From Scenedesmus sp. PABB004 (Eukaryota): a DNA stretch of 64,000 nt. Positions 35,320 to 48,513 of the stretch are shown in pieces. Both the position numbers and the translations under genes were made by a program. Where the stretch lies: assembly GCA_014905635.1 (NCBI GenBank), contig JABVCE010000024.1, forward strand, positions 124,001-188,000. Direction: 5' to 3'. Position 1 is the first letter of the stretch, and every line of letters begins with the position of its first letter. Below the pieces are notes generated by a model. It had not been told where the DNA came from. It worked only from the letters and a program-made list of their open reading frames with translations, and searched no databases.

Positions 35320-36621
35320 GGGTGCGCTCCGCTCCTCCCCGCTCGCGCGCGCGCGGCAGCCGCGCGCGGGGCGCGCCGATGCCGATGCCGCGCGCGCGCC
35401 GCCGCCGCGCGCGCACCTGGCCGCAGTCGTCCAGCACGTGTGCGAAGACGTAGCCCGCCGTGTCGGGCCCGACCAGCAGCGTGTTGTCGCTCTCGGCGTC
35501 GTAGCGCTTCACCTGCGCGGCGGCACGGTGGCCGCGGCGGCGGCGGCGACGGCGGCGGCGGCGGCAGAAGTGAGCGGTCGGCCCGGCCGCGCCGGCGGCC
35601 GCGGCCCCGCAGTGTCCCACAGTGTCACGCAGCCGCGGCCGCCCCTTTCACGCACCAGCGACGCATACGCGGGCGGCACGTGGTCCAGCACCGACGCCTT
35701 GAGCCCGCGCCCCGCCGCGACAAAGACCTGCTGCACGAACAGCTGCTCCGCCTGGCTCAGCCGCGCGCGCACGCGCGCCTCGTGCAGGATAAAGCCTGCA
35801 GGGGCAGCGGCAGCGCAGCCGGGGGGGGGGGGTGTTCGGCGCCCCGCGCATGCGCGTGGGCAGGCGCGCGGCGGCGGCGGCGGCGGCCAGCCGACTGCCG
35901 CACGCGCACGCACGCACACACGCACGCACGCAGCCACACACGCCCACCCACCCACCAGCCCACACACACACTCCTACGCACCCGCGTGTGCCTGTATCTT
36001 GTCAAGGCGCGCGCGGAGGTAGGCCTTGAGAAGGAAGCGCAGGCGGTCGGCCTCATAGCCCGCGATGCCACGCGCGACGTCCGCCTCCTTTTGCCGCTCG
36101 AGCAGCTCCAGGTCGGCCTCCTGCAGGCGCCGCCGGCGGCGGCGGCGGCGGCGGCGGCGGGCGGGTGCGGCGCCGGCGGGGTGCGGGGGCGCGGCGCGGG
36201 CGGGTGCGTGCGCCGGGCGGGCGCGCCGCGCGCAGCGCTGCGCCGGCGCTCGCGCCGGCGGGCGAGCCCCCCACCTGCCGCTGCAGCGCCGATTTTACAC
36301 GCTCCACGAGCTGCTCCTTGTAGGCCAGCACCTCGGGCGCCATGCGCTCGTTCAGCAGCGCCTGGCGGCGCGGTCGGCCCGGCAGCGGGCGGTTGCGGCG
36401 GGGCGCGCGCCGCGGCCCCGCGCAGCCCCCGCTGGCGCCGCCTGCGCCGCTGGACTCGTCCTACACCCCCACCCCGCGGGGCGGCGCACCCGCTTGAGGA
36501 GCTGAAAGTCGTCGGCGCCCAGGTCGAGCGGCGACGCTGCAAAGCCGTCGAAGCCCGACGTCGACGCCGGCTCGTCGCCCCCGCCGCCCTGGTCGCGCTG
36601 GCTGTAGGCGCCGTCGTCCAT
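35165..36621 (-). CDS. SLD5: DNA replication GINS complex subunit SLD5 (GINS4)
   Basis: LLKR|ALLNERMAPEVLAY; YEADRLRFLLKAYLRARLDKIQ; RLSQAEQLF; GPDTAGYVFAHVLDD; GDMMVVKYSTVAALVEAGRVCLV*. Confidence 0.93.
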
Positions 36622-36931
36622 GGCAGCCGGGCCGCCGGCCGCGACGCGGGGATGCCGGGTTGGCGCGGCGCGGCGCGCAGAAAAGCGCGAGCAGCGGCGG
36701 CGCGCGGCGCGGCTGGCGTGCTGCTGCCGCGAGCTCTGGCGATGCTGCGGCGTGTCGTCACTGCTCCAGGCGCGACGGGGGCGGGCGGTGTGGTGCCTAC
36801 CGCTGCGTGCGCAGCGGGCAAGCGTTTGAAAAGCGACACCGCGGCGGTTCGTGGCTTACGCCGTCGCCGCTGCCCGTCACAGCCGGAGGTGTGTGGTCCA
36901 GTCGCGCGGGCGGCCCGGTCGCGGCGCCGGC

Positions 36932-38067
36932 ATGTTGGCGATAGCGCGCGGCGCAGCGGCGGCGCCGCAGCAGCAGCAGCGGCCCGCGCCGTTGCTGCCG
37001 CCGGCTGCGGCGGCGCGCGCTGCGGCGGCGCAGCGGCGGCACGCGTCGCGGTGCAGAGCTGCCGCGCAGCCCGCCGCGCCGCCGCAGCGCACGCGGCGCC
37101 CGGCGGCGCGGTGCCGCCCGGCGGCGCTGCCGCGGGTGCTCGCGTGTGCGGCGGCGCCGCCGCCCGCGCTGCACGCGGCGCGCATCCCCGCGGGCGAGCT
37201 CACCGTCGCGGCGCTCGCGCCCGGCGACGCGCCTGGCGCGGGCCTGCTGCTGACGCGCGCGTTTGCGGGGACGCCCGAGGCGGTGAAGCTCGACGAGGCG
37301 ATGTGCGGCGCGGCGCCGGCTGGCTGGCTGCGAGCTGCGAGCGCGCCCGGCTGCGAGCTGTGCCGACCCCCCGCCGCACCCGCCACCGCAGTGAATTCAT
37401 GCGTGACCACGCCGCGGCGCCGGAGGGGGATGAGGTCACGCTGGTCGCGCGCCTGCTGCCCGACGGTGCGCTCACAGCGCGCGCCCCGCTCCCGCGCGGC
37501 CGGCCCCGGCCGCGGCTGGCGACGCGCCAGCATCGCGTCCGCGCGCCGCCGCACGCAGACGCGGCGCTGCTGCCGCCTGGTAAGGCGAGCCGCCTCGTGG
37601 GCGTCGTGAGCCTGGCGTTCGGCGCGCCGCGCCGGCAGGCCTTTGCCAGCCTCGCGCCGCCGGCCGGCCAGCCGTATCTGTTCAACATGGCCGTCGACCC
37701 CAAGCTGCGGAGGTGGGTGGTGGGCTGACTGCCCGGCGCTGCGGGCCTGGAGTGCGGCCGGGAGCTGCCGCCCGCGCGGCCGCCAGCAGCGCCCGCGCCG
37801 GCGCCGCCGCCGCGTCGCAGGCAGGGCGTCGCGCGGGCGATGCTCGCGGCATGCGACGCGGCGTCAGCGGCGCGCGGGCAGGACTGCATCTGGCTGCACG
37901 TGCGGCAGGCGGACGCCGCGGCGCAGGCGCTGTACGCGGGCTGGGGCTACGCGGAGGCCGACCGCGACCGCGGCGGCGGGCTGCTCGGCTCGCTCGGCGT
38001 CGGCGCGCTCGGCGGCGCGCGGCCGCGCATCCTGATGCGCCGGCAGCTCCCGGGCGCGCCGTCGTAG
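36932..38067 (+). CDS. GNAT family N-acetyltransferase, probably plastid-targeted
   Basis: Ala/Arg-rich transit-like N-terminus. Motif A YLFNMAVDPKLRR|QGVARAML and motif B IWLHVRQADAAAQALYAGWGY. Confidence 0.88.
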
Positions 38068-38258
38068 CAGACGCGCCGCCGCCGCCGCCGCCGTGCGCGG
38101 CGCTCAGCTCGGCTCGGAGCGCTGAGCTGCGCTTTTTGAACGAGGCCTCTTGCGACCGCCCACCCCTCCCGCCCGCCACCCCACAGCCTGTCCGGCCCGC
38201 CGTCAGCGCCAGGGCTGGTGCGCATCCCGCCGCGAGCGCCGCCGTCGCCGGGAGCAGC

Positions 38259-39092
38259 ATGGCGCCGCTGCACAAGCTCCACCCCGCGCGCCTGGCCGCG
38301 GCGGGGACCAGCACGGCCGATGAAGACGACGAGGAGGACGACGACTTTGTGGTCGAGAGCCTGCCGGACACGGATGAGGAGGCGTCCGACGAGCCCGCGC
38401 CGGAGTGGGAGCCAGAGAGTGCGCGCCGCCGCGCGCTGCCCGCGCCCCGGGGCGCCCTGCGCAGCCGCTCAGGACGCCCTCCCCGCCCGCCCCGCCCGCA
38501 GCCGGCTTCCTGGACCCGGGCGGCTTCTCGGCGTCGATCGCGTCCGGCACGGCGGCAGCAGCGGGCGGCGGCGAGGTGCGGCGCGCACGCGCGGGCCCTG
38601 AGCAGCGGGCCCCTGGCCCGTGGAACCTGAAGGGAGCCCCGTTGCCGTCGCGCTCGCGCGCGCCCGTCGCAGGCGTCGGAGCACGCGCCCGAGCAGGGCC
38701 GCCCGAAGCGGCGGCGCCTGTCGCACGACAGCGACGCGGGCCCGCACGCGCCGGCCGCGCGGCCGCCGCCGCACCCCCAGCAGCACCACCACCAGCAGCA
38801 GCAGCAGCAGAAGCAGGTGCAGCAGCAGCATGGCCACGAGCCGCCTCAGGCCTGGGCGCTGCCGCTGCCGGCCGGCGGCGAGCAGCCCGGCGCGGCGCGC
38901 ACGCGGGCGCAGCAGGCGGCCCAGCAGGCGCCGCCGCACGCGCCGCAGCAGCCCCCGCCGCGGCCGCGGCGCGGCGGCCGCGCGGAGAGCGAGGCGCAGG
39001 GCTCGCAGCTCACGCTCTCCGAGGCGGCGGCCGCCACGCCCGCGGCCGCGCGCGGCGCCGCCGACGACGCGGGCTCCGCGCTGCGCGGCGGC

Positions 39093-39149
<57 letters not shown>

Positions 39150-39555
39150 ATCTGGCTGCGCACGCGCTCGCGGCACCCGCTCGTGGGCTGCGAGCTCGAC
39201 GCCGACATGTTTGACCGGATCCTCGAAGAGTTTGACCCAGACTATGACCCGCCAGACGACGCGACCTACGCTGCCTTCCTGCAAGTGAGGCCGCGGCGCA
39301 GGGTTGACGCCGGGACTCCCGCGCCGCGGCGCGGCTGGGCTGGGCAGCGCCGCGCTGGGGCGTGGCTGGGCTGGGCGGCGCCGCGCGCGGCGCTGCGCCC
39401 TGACCCCGCGCACCGCGCACCCGCAGTCCCTGCACGGCGACGGCCCCGCCGACGTGCTGCTCCCCGCGGAGCCGCCCGGCCCCGGCAGCGCCGCCGCGGC
39501 GGCCGGCGCGGCGGGTGCGGGCGGCGCCGCCGGCGGCGCGGCGCTGCCCGACGCG

Positions 39556-39587
<32 letters not shown>

Positions 39588-42500
39588 GTTTGTGCTGGGG
39601 CCGCTGGAAGACCTGCTGGACCCGCTGGAGGCGCGCGACGCGGCCGAGGAGGAGGTGCTGGCGCAGCTGGTGCACCTGCAGCCCGCGCGCCCGTGGGCGC
39701 CGCCGCCGGCCGAGCTCGGCGCGGACGGGCGGCGGCGCTCGCGGCGCGAGGCGGCGCGCCGCGCGGCGGAGCGCATCGCCGCGAAGCAGCAGGCGGCGGC
39801 GGCGCTGCTGCAGGCGCAGCAGGCGCAGCAGGTGCCGCCGCTCATCCCTGCCGGCGCGGCGGGCGGCGGCGCGGGCATGCAGCAGCAGCTGCTGCTGCTG
39901 CTGCAGGGCCCCGGCCAGCCCGCCGCGCCCTGGGCGGGCGCGGCGGCGCCGCTGTTGGGCCTGCCGCCGCTGCCGGGCGGCGGCGTGGCGGCGGCGGGCG
40001 GCGCGCCCGGCGGCGGCGCGCTCGGCGGCGGTGAGGCGGTGCTGCTGACGCTGAAGGAGAGCCAGGTGCAGCAGCTGTACCACCAGATCACGCTGCAGGC
40101 GCAGCTGCTGACTCAGCTTTACGTCATGGCGGCACGCGAGCCCAGCCCCGCCGCGCAGGCCGTCGCGGAGGCGGCGGGGCAGCTGCTGGGCGAGCTGCGG
40201 CGCCTGCACGCGGCCGCGGCGGGCAGCAGCATGGGGCAGCAGCTGGGGCAGCTCGTGCAGCAGGCGTTCAGCGACGCTGGCGGCGAAGGCTGGCAGCAGC
40301 AGGACCAGCAGCAGCAGCAGCAGGCGCAGAGTGCAGCAGCGCCTGGCGCGGGCGACGGCAGCGGCGGTGGCGCTGGCGAGCGGCGCAGCTTTGAGCGGTG
40401 GCGGCCGTGCATTTACGACATGACGTGAGCGGCTGCGCTGCGGCTGCGCTCACGCGCCCGCCGGCGCCCGCCCCGCGCGCGCGCCCGTGACCCCCTGCCC
40501 TGCCCCCCTCCTTCCAAACCTCTCAGCACCGTGTGGGACACCGCGCCGCTGCGGCTGCTGGGCCGGGCCATCGAGTCGCTGCGCATGGCGCCGTCGCTGC
40601 AGCACGGCACGCTCGCGGCCGCGCAGACGGCGCACGCGACGGCGGCCGGCACGCGCGCGCAGCAGCGCGCCGTGGGCGACGTCCGCCAGGTGCGCCGGCG
40701 GCGGTGGCTGCCCGTGCTGGCAGCGTCCGCGCCGAGGGCCGGGGCTTGCGGCGCGGGCTCACGCGCGCCCGTGCCGCGCGCGCGCCGCAGCTGACCGGCC
40801 TCGTCCTGGGGCCGATCACCGCCGGCTTCACCGAGGCCGCGTGGCCGGCCTTTGCGCCGCGCGGGCGCAGCGTGTGGAGCGCGAGCGAGGACGCCCTGCT
40901 CTGGCTGGGCATCATCCGGTGCGCGCGCCCTCAACCCTGACGCGCCGCGCCGCACCGCGCTGGCGATGGGTGTCCCCGGCCGCGCGCGCCGTGCACGACC
41001 CCACCCCCTCCCCCGCCGCCCGCCGCCCGCCGCGCGGCCGAAGCTTCCACAACGCGGTGACCCCGCTGCAGGCGTCGCTCGAGGCGGTGGCGTCGGAGCT
41101 GCTGCCGACGCGCACGGCGGGCAGCGCGCTGTCGCGCTTCAAAAACCTCGTGCGCCGCAAGGCGCGCACCGCGGTGCTGGTGCTGTCCTATGCGCTCATC
41201 GGCCACGAGCGCCCCTCGGCGTGGGGCGACGACGACGGCGATGACAGCGACGGCGGCGGCCACCACGCGCAGGCGGTGCAGGCGCTGCTGCCGCCGCCCC
41301 AGGCGGGGCTGCCGCCGCCGGCGGGGAAGCCGCTGCCGGGTGCGCCCGGCGCGCTGGGCGGCGGCGGCGGCGGCGGCGGCGCGCCGAAGCAGGCCGGCCC
41401 GGGGCCCATGTGGGCGGCGGCAGAGCTGGGCGCCGCGCTCACGGCGTCGTTCGCGGCGGTGCAGACGGGCCGCCCCAGCGCGGCGGCCAGCGCGGCGGCG
41501 GGCGTGCTGCTGGGTGCGGGCGGCCTGCACGCGCCCGGCGCGGTCGCCGCGTGGGCTGAGGCCGCGAGCGCGGCGACCAACGCCGCGCTGCGCGAGGGCG
41601 AGCGCCTGATCGCCGACGTCGTCGCCGACGTCAGCGGCCAGCTGCCGTTTGGGCTGCCCGCGCCGCTCGAGGTGCCGAGCGCGTCCGCGATGCGCAAGCC
41701 GCGCCGCCGCGCGGCGAGCGCGGAAACGCAGGAGGCGGGGCAGCAGATGATCTACTCCCTGGCCGCGCGGCAGCTGCTCGCGCCGGGCGACGCCGGCGGC
41801 GGCGCGCTTGGCGACGCCGGCGGCGACGGCGTCGGCGGGCTTCTCGGCAGCATCTTTGCGGCGGCGCCCGAGCCCGGCGCGGCCGAGGCGGGCGCCACCG
41901 CAGGCGCCGGCGGGTACGGCGTCGCCGGCGAGGCCCTGGCCCTGGGCACCGGCGGCTTCACCTCCCTGCTGCAGTCGCCGGGCAGGGCCGCAGCCGCCGC
42001 CGCCGCTGCTGCGGCGGTCGCGGTGGCGGCGGGTGAGGCGCTGCAGCAGCAGCCCGGGCAGGCCCAGCAGGAGCAGGCGCAGGGGCAGGCGCCGCAGCAG
42101 GAGCAGCAGCAGCAGGGTCAGCAGGGCTCTGACGTCGACCCTGAGCTGGAGCGGCACCTGGACCGGCACCTGATGCTGCAGCAGCAGGCCGGGCCGCAGC
42201 ACGCGGCGTCGGACCAGGAGCAGCAGCAGCCGCCGCCGCCGAGCGGGCAGCAGGTGCTGCAGGAGCTGCAGCTGCTGCTGGCACCACCGCAGCAGGCGGG
42301 CACCGAGCAGCAGGACGGGCGCTGCGCGGCGGCGGCGCCGGGCGCGGCCCCGCCGCAGTCGCCGCCGCGACAGCCGCCGGGCGCCCCTACGCCCGCGCTG
42401 AGCGAGGACATGGACTTTGGCGAGCCAGGCGTCGCGCCCAGCCCCGCGCCCGGCGCAGCGGCCGCCGCGCCCGGCGCCGGCGCCGTGCCGGTGGAGCCGG

Positions 42501-43239
42501 GCATCTGCGCGGCGGCGGCGGCGGCGGCTGCGGCGGCCGGCTCTGCGGGCAGCGGCGCGGGCGCCAGCGGCGGCGGGCGGGGCAAGAAGCTGCGGCGCAG
42601 CCTGTTCAGCCAGCAGAGCCCCGCATCCGGCAGCAGCGGCGCCGGCGGCACGCCGGCCGGCGTGCGCATGCTCGGCGGCGGCGCTGGCGGCGGCAGCGCG
42701 GCGCCTGGCAGCGCCGGCCCTTGCCTGGGCGTGGGGCTGGGCTCGCAGGGGTGGTTCCAGCCGCAGCCGGGCGGCGACGGCGACGTCCGGCGCCAGCAGC
42801 CGGGCACGAACGGCGCGCCGGGCGCCTGGCAGGGGGGCCTGAGTCCTTTCCAGCAGCAGGTCCACCTGGCTGCCATCATGGCGCGCAGTCGGCAGCAGCG
42901 CCCCAAGCCGCCGCCGCCCGCCGAGCCGATGAGCGTCGCCGCGGCGCGCCGGCTCCGCGAGCTCGGCGAGGCGGCGGCGGCGGCGGTCGCGGCGGCGGCG
43001 GCGGCGGCGGGGGCGCCGGCGCCCACGCCGGGCGGCGCCAGGCGGCGTGGCTGCCGCGCCCCGCTCGACCCGGAGCGCAGCTCGCCGCCGCAGCTGGGGC
43101 GCGGCGCGGCGCCGCTGCCGCCGCGCTCGCTGATCGTGGCGGAGCAGCAGCAGCTCGCCGCGGCGGCGGCGCTGCGCGCCGGGCCGCTGCGGCCGGCGAT
43201 GCCGCCCGACCAAATGGGGCGGCTGTTCAGCCTGCTCGC

Positions 43240-43282
<43 letters not shown>

Positions 43283-43494
43283 GAGAAGGGGGGGAGGAGG
43301 AGCCGGGTGCGCCGGCGGCCGCCGACGCCAGCAGGGTACGGGCGGCGCTGGCTGCGGCCGCCGCGCCCAGCAGCGGCGCTGAGCGCGAGCGGGAGGGGCG
43401 CGGCGCTGCGGCGCAGCAGTTTGGCGCCCTCGACGCGCTGGCTGAGGCGGCGGCCGCGGCCGCCGCGGCGGCGCCGCGCGCGCGCGGCGCGTGA
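38259..43494 (+). CDS. GON4L/YY1AP1 or plant DUO3-like nuclear regulator
   Basis: Acidic N-terminus, DAIWLRTRSRHPL...DPDYDPPDDATYAAFLQ, QVQQLYHQITLQAQLLTQL and WSASEDALLWLGII match recalled GON-4-like blocks. The 43494 end assumes one G is missing at 43288-43294; otherwise the stop is at 43516. Confidence 0.68.
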
Positions 43495-43824
43495 GCGTGT
43501 GCGCCAGGGCGCGTGAGCTCGGGCGCGGCGGTTGAGTTGAACCGCTCGCGCTTTTGGCGGTCGGCGCCTCGTGTGCGTGCGGGAGCGGACAACAGATCGG
43601 ATCCAGCCGACCTGGGCACGAGCACGCGCCGCCCCACTCGAACGCGTGGCGGCAGCAGCGGCCGCAGCGGCTTCGGCGAGCCTCCAGGCGTGCGCGCAGC
43701 GCCGCGCCGGAGCGGGGTCGTGACACAGCGCCCCGATTGTGACGCGATCACGCACTGCTCCGAAACCCCACGCGCCGCCACGCGCCGCCGCGAGCCGCGC
43801 GCCGCGGCATCCGGGCTTGCCGCG

Positions 43825-44800
43825 ATGCTCGTCCCCGCCGGCGCGCGCGTGATCGTGACCTTCCGGGCGGGCCGTCTGGTCAAGGAAGGGACCACGGTCA
43901 AGCCCGATTCGCGCAAGGGCCAGCTCCGCGTCCTGCGGGTGGGTGCGCGCAGCGGCGTGCCCGCCGCTGCCCCGCCGCCACCGCCGCGGGCGAGCGCGTA
44001 TCGCTGCCGGCCGCCCGCCGCAGACGGAGGACGGCCTTCTGCACGTGCAGTGGGCTGAGCGCACCGACGGCGGCGCCGCGGGTGCGCGCGCCGGGCGGCG
44101 GCAGCGGGCGACGGCGCCCCGCAGCGGCGCCGGCGCCGGCGGCTGCGTGCGCGCCCTGCCGAGCCCGCGCCGCCGAGCGCCGCGCGCCGCCCGCCGCCCG
44201 CCGGCCGCCCGCCGCAGCGGCGCCCGAGTACGACGAGATCGTCTTCCCTGATGAGGCGGTCTTTGAAAAGGCGCGCCGCGCCGCGCGGCGCGGTCCCGAG
44301 CGCCCCGCTTCTGCGCCGCGCTGACCCCGCTGCGCCGCGCCGCCGACGCCGGCGCGGCCGCGCCCCGCCGCAGCCGGCGCGCGCGCCGCCGCGCGTGTAC
44401 ATGCTTCGATTCAAAGAACAGCCCGAGCGCGACGTGATGTACTGGATGCAGGAGCCCGCCGAGGCGGGCGACGCGGTGCTGTGCGCGCGCGTGCAGCAGG
44501 CCATCAACACGCCCATGGGTGCGGCGCGGCGCGCGGCGGTGCGCGGGCGCGCACGGCGCAGCGCGGCCGGCGGGCGCGCGCAGCGGCGCGGTGGCGTGCG
44601 GCGCCTGCCCAGCGCGCCGCGCCGCGCGCGCAGGCGCGGACGACGAGGACGAGCAGGAGATGGGCGAGGCGCTGCCGCAGGAGGTGGTGGCGAGCGACGC
44701 GCTGGTGCGGGACGCGCTCTCAAAGTGAGCGGGCGCGCCCGCGGTGGCGCCGCGGGGCTCGCGGCGGACGGCGGCGCGCGCGGCGCCGGCCGGGGCTCAA

Positions 44801-44857
<57 letters not shown>

Positions 44858-45750
44858 TCGCAGCGCGCCCGGCGCCGGCACGGAGATGCCGGCGGGCGAC
44901 AGCGTCGGCCTTCTGCCGCAGGGCCCCGGCCAGGCGCCGCTGGCGCCCGCGCAGCTGGCGGCGCTGCTCAGGTGCGAGCCCGACGCGCGACGCTCGCGCG
45001 TGCGCCCGGCGCCGCGGCGCCCCGGCCCCACGCACACGCCCGCGCGCGCGCGCGCGCCCGCAGCGGCATGGCGGGCGGCGGCGGCGCGACCGGCGCCGCG
45101 CCCGGCGCGCCCGCCGACCCCGGCGCCTCGCTCGCGGCGGCGCTGCTGGCGGCGATGGCGCGGCGGCAGCACCAGCAGGCGGCGCGGGAGATGGCCGTTG
45201 CGCCGGGGCCGGGGCTGTCCGAGGTGCTGCGCCCCGATGTTCTCGCGCCCCTCTTCGCAGACGCCGAGGTGCGCGGAGCATGACTGGTCGCGCAGCAGAC
45301 CGCCGCGGGCGGCCGCCGCGCGCCCCAGCCAGCCGGGGAGCGGGGCCGGCGCCGCACGGCGCCGCGGCGCAGCGTCGCGCCACGCGCGCCGCGCCGCGCC
45401 GCGCAGGTGCTGGAGCGCCTGGCGACGTACCTGCCGGAGCAGCAGCGCAGCCCCGCGGCGCTCGCGGCGCTCGCGCACAGCCCGCAGTTTGCGCAGCAGC
45501 TGTCGACCTTCAGCGCCGCGCTGCAGACGGGGCAGCTCGACCTCGCCCAGTTTGGCCTGCGCGCAGAGGTGCGGCGCGGCGCGGCGCGGCGCGGCGCACG
45601 CTGCGTGCGTCCTGCGAGCGCGCCCGGCCGAGCTGCCCGCCCGCCGCCCGCCGCCGCCGCGGGGCGCCACAGGGCTTCACGGTCGCAGACTTCCTGCGCG
45701 CGATCGAGGAGCTGGTGGAGCGCGAGGCGGCGGCGGGGCAGCAGCCGTGA
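43825..45750 (+). CDS. RPN13: 26S proteasome ubiquitin receptor RPN13/ADRM1
   Basis: Pru domain FRAGRL...VKPDSRKGQL...DGLLHVQW...EIVFPDEAVFEK...RVYMLRF...YWMQEP. C-terminal SPQFAQQLSTFSAALQTGQLDLAQFGL. Confidence 0.95.
44801..44855. repeat. (CCG)n trinucleotide repeat in an RPN13 intron
   Basis: About 18 perfect ccg units. Confidence 0.9.
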
Positions 45751-46063
45751 CCGCCGCCCTGCGCGGGCGCGCCGACGCTGCGGAGTTGGACCAGCGCGCG
45801 TTGCGTGTGCATTGCTGCGTCGCAATCGCGGAATGACGAAACGCTCGCTGCGTACTGCCCTGAGCGCGCGACCGCCGCGCGCTCCTGCCCCGCCGCCTGG
45901 CTGCCATCTCCACGCGCCCAGCACCGCAGGCAATTGAGCCGCCGCCGCGCAGCGGAGCAGCGCGAGCACCGTCAGCAGCGGCGGCAGCCCAGCCGCGCGT
46001 CCACGCGCTCCCAGCGTGAACCGGCTCCCGGGGGGTCTCTGAGCACGTCTATCAACACCGCCA

Positions 46064-47458
46064 ATGCGGCTGGCCTGCCAGCAGCCGCAGGGGCCAGCGG
46101 CCCGCAATGCAGGTCCCGCTGCGGCGCGCCGCTACGCCGCCGCGGCCCCCCGAGCGCGCGGAGCCGTGCTGGCCAGTGCCGCGCAGCTCGTGGCGGATCA
46201 GGCGGACGCGTTCGAGCAGCTCGTGGCGGCCGCGGGGGCGAGCGCCGCCGTGCGCGTGGGTGCGACCGGCGCAGGCGGGCGCGGCCTGCTCGCTGCCGCC
46301 GCGGCCGAGCCGCGGCAGCCGCTGGTCTCGGTGCCGATCGGCTCGTCGCTCATCCTCGCCGACGACCCAGGTGAGCTGCCTCCCGCTTGCGGCGACGGCC
46401 CGGCGGCGGCGGCCCTCGCCGCCTGACGCCGGTGGCCGCTCCGCGCGCAGTGAACTCGCTGAGCGTGTTCAGCGACCGTCACAACGCGCGCTTCCAGGAG
46501 GCGCACGGGCCGCTCCCGCCGGCGCTGCTGGAGTTCCTGCAGGGCGAGGCGCGGTGGGACGTCCGCATGGCCGCGTGGCTGCTGTGGACGTACAAGGCGC
46601 CGCCGGACGGGCTCTGGCGGCGCTTCGTCGCGCTGCTGCCGGCGGAGCGCGACATGGCCTGCCTGCTCAACTTTAGCCGCGACGAGATCCCGGAGCTGCA
46701 GGTCCCGGCGCTGCAGGTGCGGCGCGCCTCGGGCGGCGTCCGGCGCGGGCCGCCGCGCGCGCCGCGCCGCGCGCGGCGCCCGACGGCGGCGCGCCCGCCG
46801 CCGCCGCTGCCGCCGCCACCACAGGCCGAGGCCGCCGTGCAGGCCGACTGGTGCGCCCACCTGCACGCGGCCTGCCTCGGGCCCGCCGGCGCGCTCGCCG
46901 CGCTGGGGCTGAGCTCGAGCCTCGAGCTCAGCCTGTGGGCGCTGAGCATGGTGCGCTCGCGCACGTTCTCGGAGGACAAGGCCGGCGAGGCGCTCACGTT
47001 GATGGTCCCTTACTGCGACCTCGCCAACCACTGCGCGCACGACCCGGCGGCCACGTTCTGCCTCAGCAAAGACCACCGCAGGCGCGCCGTGGCCAGGCCC
47101 GCGCCGTGCCGCGCCGCGCCGCGCAGCGTGCGCGCGCGGCCGCGCCGCGCCCAGGCCGGGGCCTGCCCGACCGCGCCGCCGCCCGCCCGCCCGCCCGCCC
47201 GTCCGCGCAGTTTTCAGCTGCAGGCGGTGCGCCACGTCGCGGCGGGCGAGGAGGTGACCATCAGCTATGGCCAGGCGCGTGCGCTGAGGCGCGGCGCTGA
47301 CGTGCGCCCGCCGCCTTTGACGACCCGCCCGCCGCCCGTCGCCCTTTCGACCCCTCTAAACCCTTGTCATTTAGGCCAAGCCCAACGCCGAACTGCTGCG
47401 GGACTACGGCTTCATCGTGCCGGGCAACCCCCACGACCGCATCGACTGGGGCGACGGC

Positions 47459-47493
<35 letters not shown>

Positions 47494-48259
47494 CAGGGGC
47501 GACCTGCCCGCGCTCAACCCGGTCAGCCTGCTCGAGGTGCGGCGGCGCCGCACGGCGGCCCTAGGGGAGGGTGCCGCGCCGCCACGAGAGCGCGCGCTGC
47601 AACGGGCAACGCACCTGCCCCGCCGCCGTCGGCCCGCCCGCGCAGGCCGTCGGCTTCAGCGGCGACCTGATTGCCGGCGAGGTCGCGCCCGCCGCGCCGG
47701 CGGCGGCGCCGGGCGACGCGCTGCGGCTCGCGCGGCTGCGCGCGGCGCTGCTGTCGATGCCGCTGGACGCGCCCCCGCGGCGGCGAGCGGGCGCGACAGC
47801 AGCAGCAGCGGCGGCGGGAGCGGCGGCGGCGGGGGGCTGCTCGGGTGGCTCGACGCGGCCACGCAGCCCTGGACGCCCGCGGGCGTGGCGGCGCCGGAGC
47901 CGCTCGCGGCGCAGCACGCGCGCCGGGAGCGCGCGGCGGTCGCGGAGCTGCAGCGGCGCCTCGTTGCGCAGTTGGCGGCGCTGGGCACGACCGCCGCGAG
48001 CGACGAGGCGCTGCTGGCGGCCGCGGCGGCGGAGCGCGCGGCGGCGGCTGGCAGTGGCAGCGGCAGCGGCGGCGGCGGCGGCAGCGGGGGCGGCGGCGCA
48101 AAGTGGCGCGTGCGGCGGCGGCCGTCGAGCACGGCGCTGCCGTGGAGCCCGCGCGTGGAGACGGCGGTGCGGGCGCGGCTGGAGCACAAGCGCCTGCTGG
48201 CGGAGGGCGTGGCCGCGCTGCTGACCTACGACGCCTGGCTGGCCGCGCGCTTCGGGTGA
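46064..48259 (+). CDS. SET-domain lysine methyltransferase, Rubisco LSMT/SETD3-like class
   Basis: GGRGLLA; WALSMVRSRTF; MVPYCDLANH; GEEVTISYGQ|AKPNAELLRDYGFIVPGNPHD; C-terminal TTAASDEALL...AVRARLEHKRLL. Confidence 0.9.
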
Positions 48260-48513
48260 GCGGCGGGGCCGGCCCTGTGCAACCTCGGTCTCTCCAGCGA
48301 CACGCCTCCGCCCTGGAGCTCATAGGCCACTGAAAAACGCTGCGCGGCCCGAACACACCCGCGCACGCCGGCGGTGCCCTGGCGGCGCAACCCCGCAGCG
48401 CCGCCGCTTCATCCGGAGCTGCGCGCACAACTCTCGCCCATATCGCGATCACACAACGCGGGAATCAGCGCGCGACCAGCGTGCGCGCGCGGGCGGCAGC
48501 AGAGCGCGACGCG

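Noticed and set aside
35975..35995. GC donor in SLD5 after KIQ
   Set aside because: Phase requires the downstream canonical gtgcgt donor, giving KIQAHAG|FILHE.
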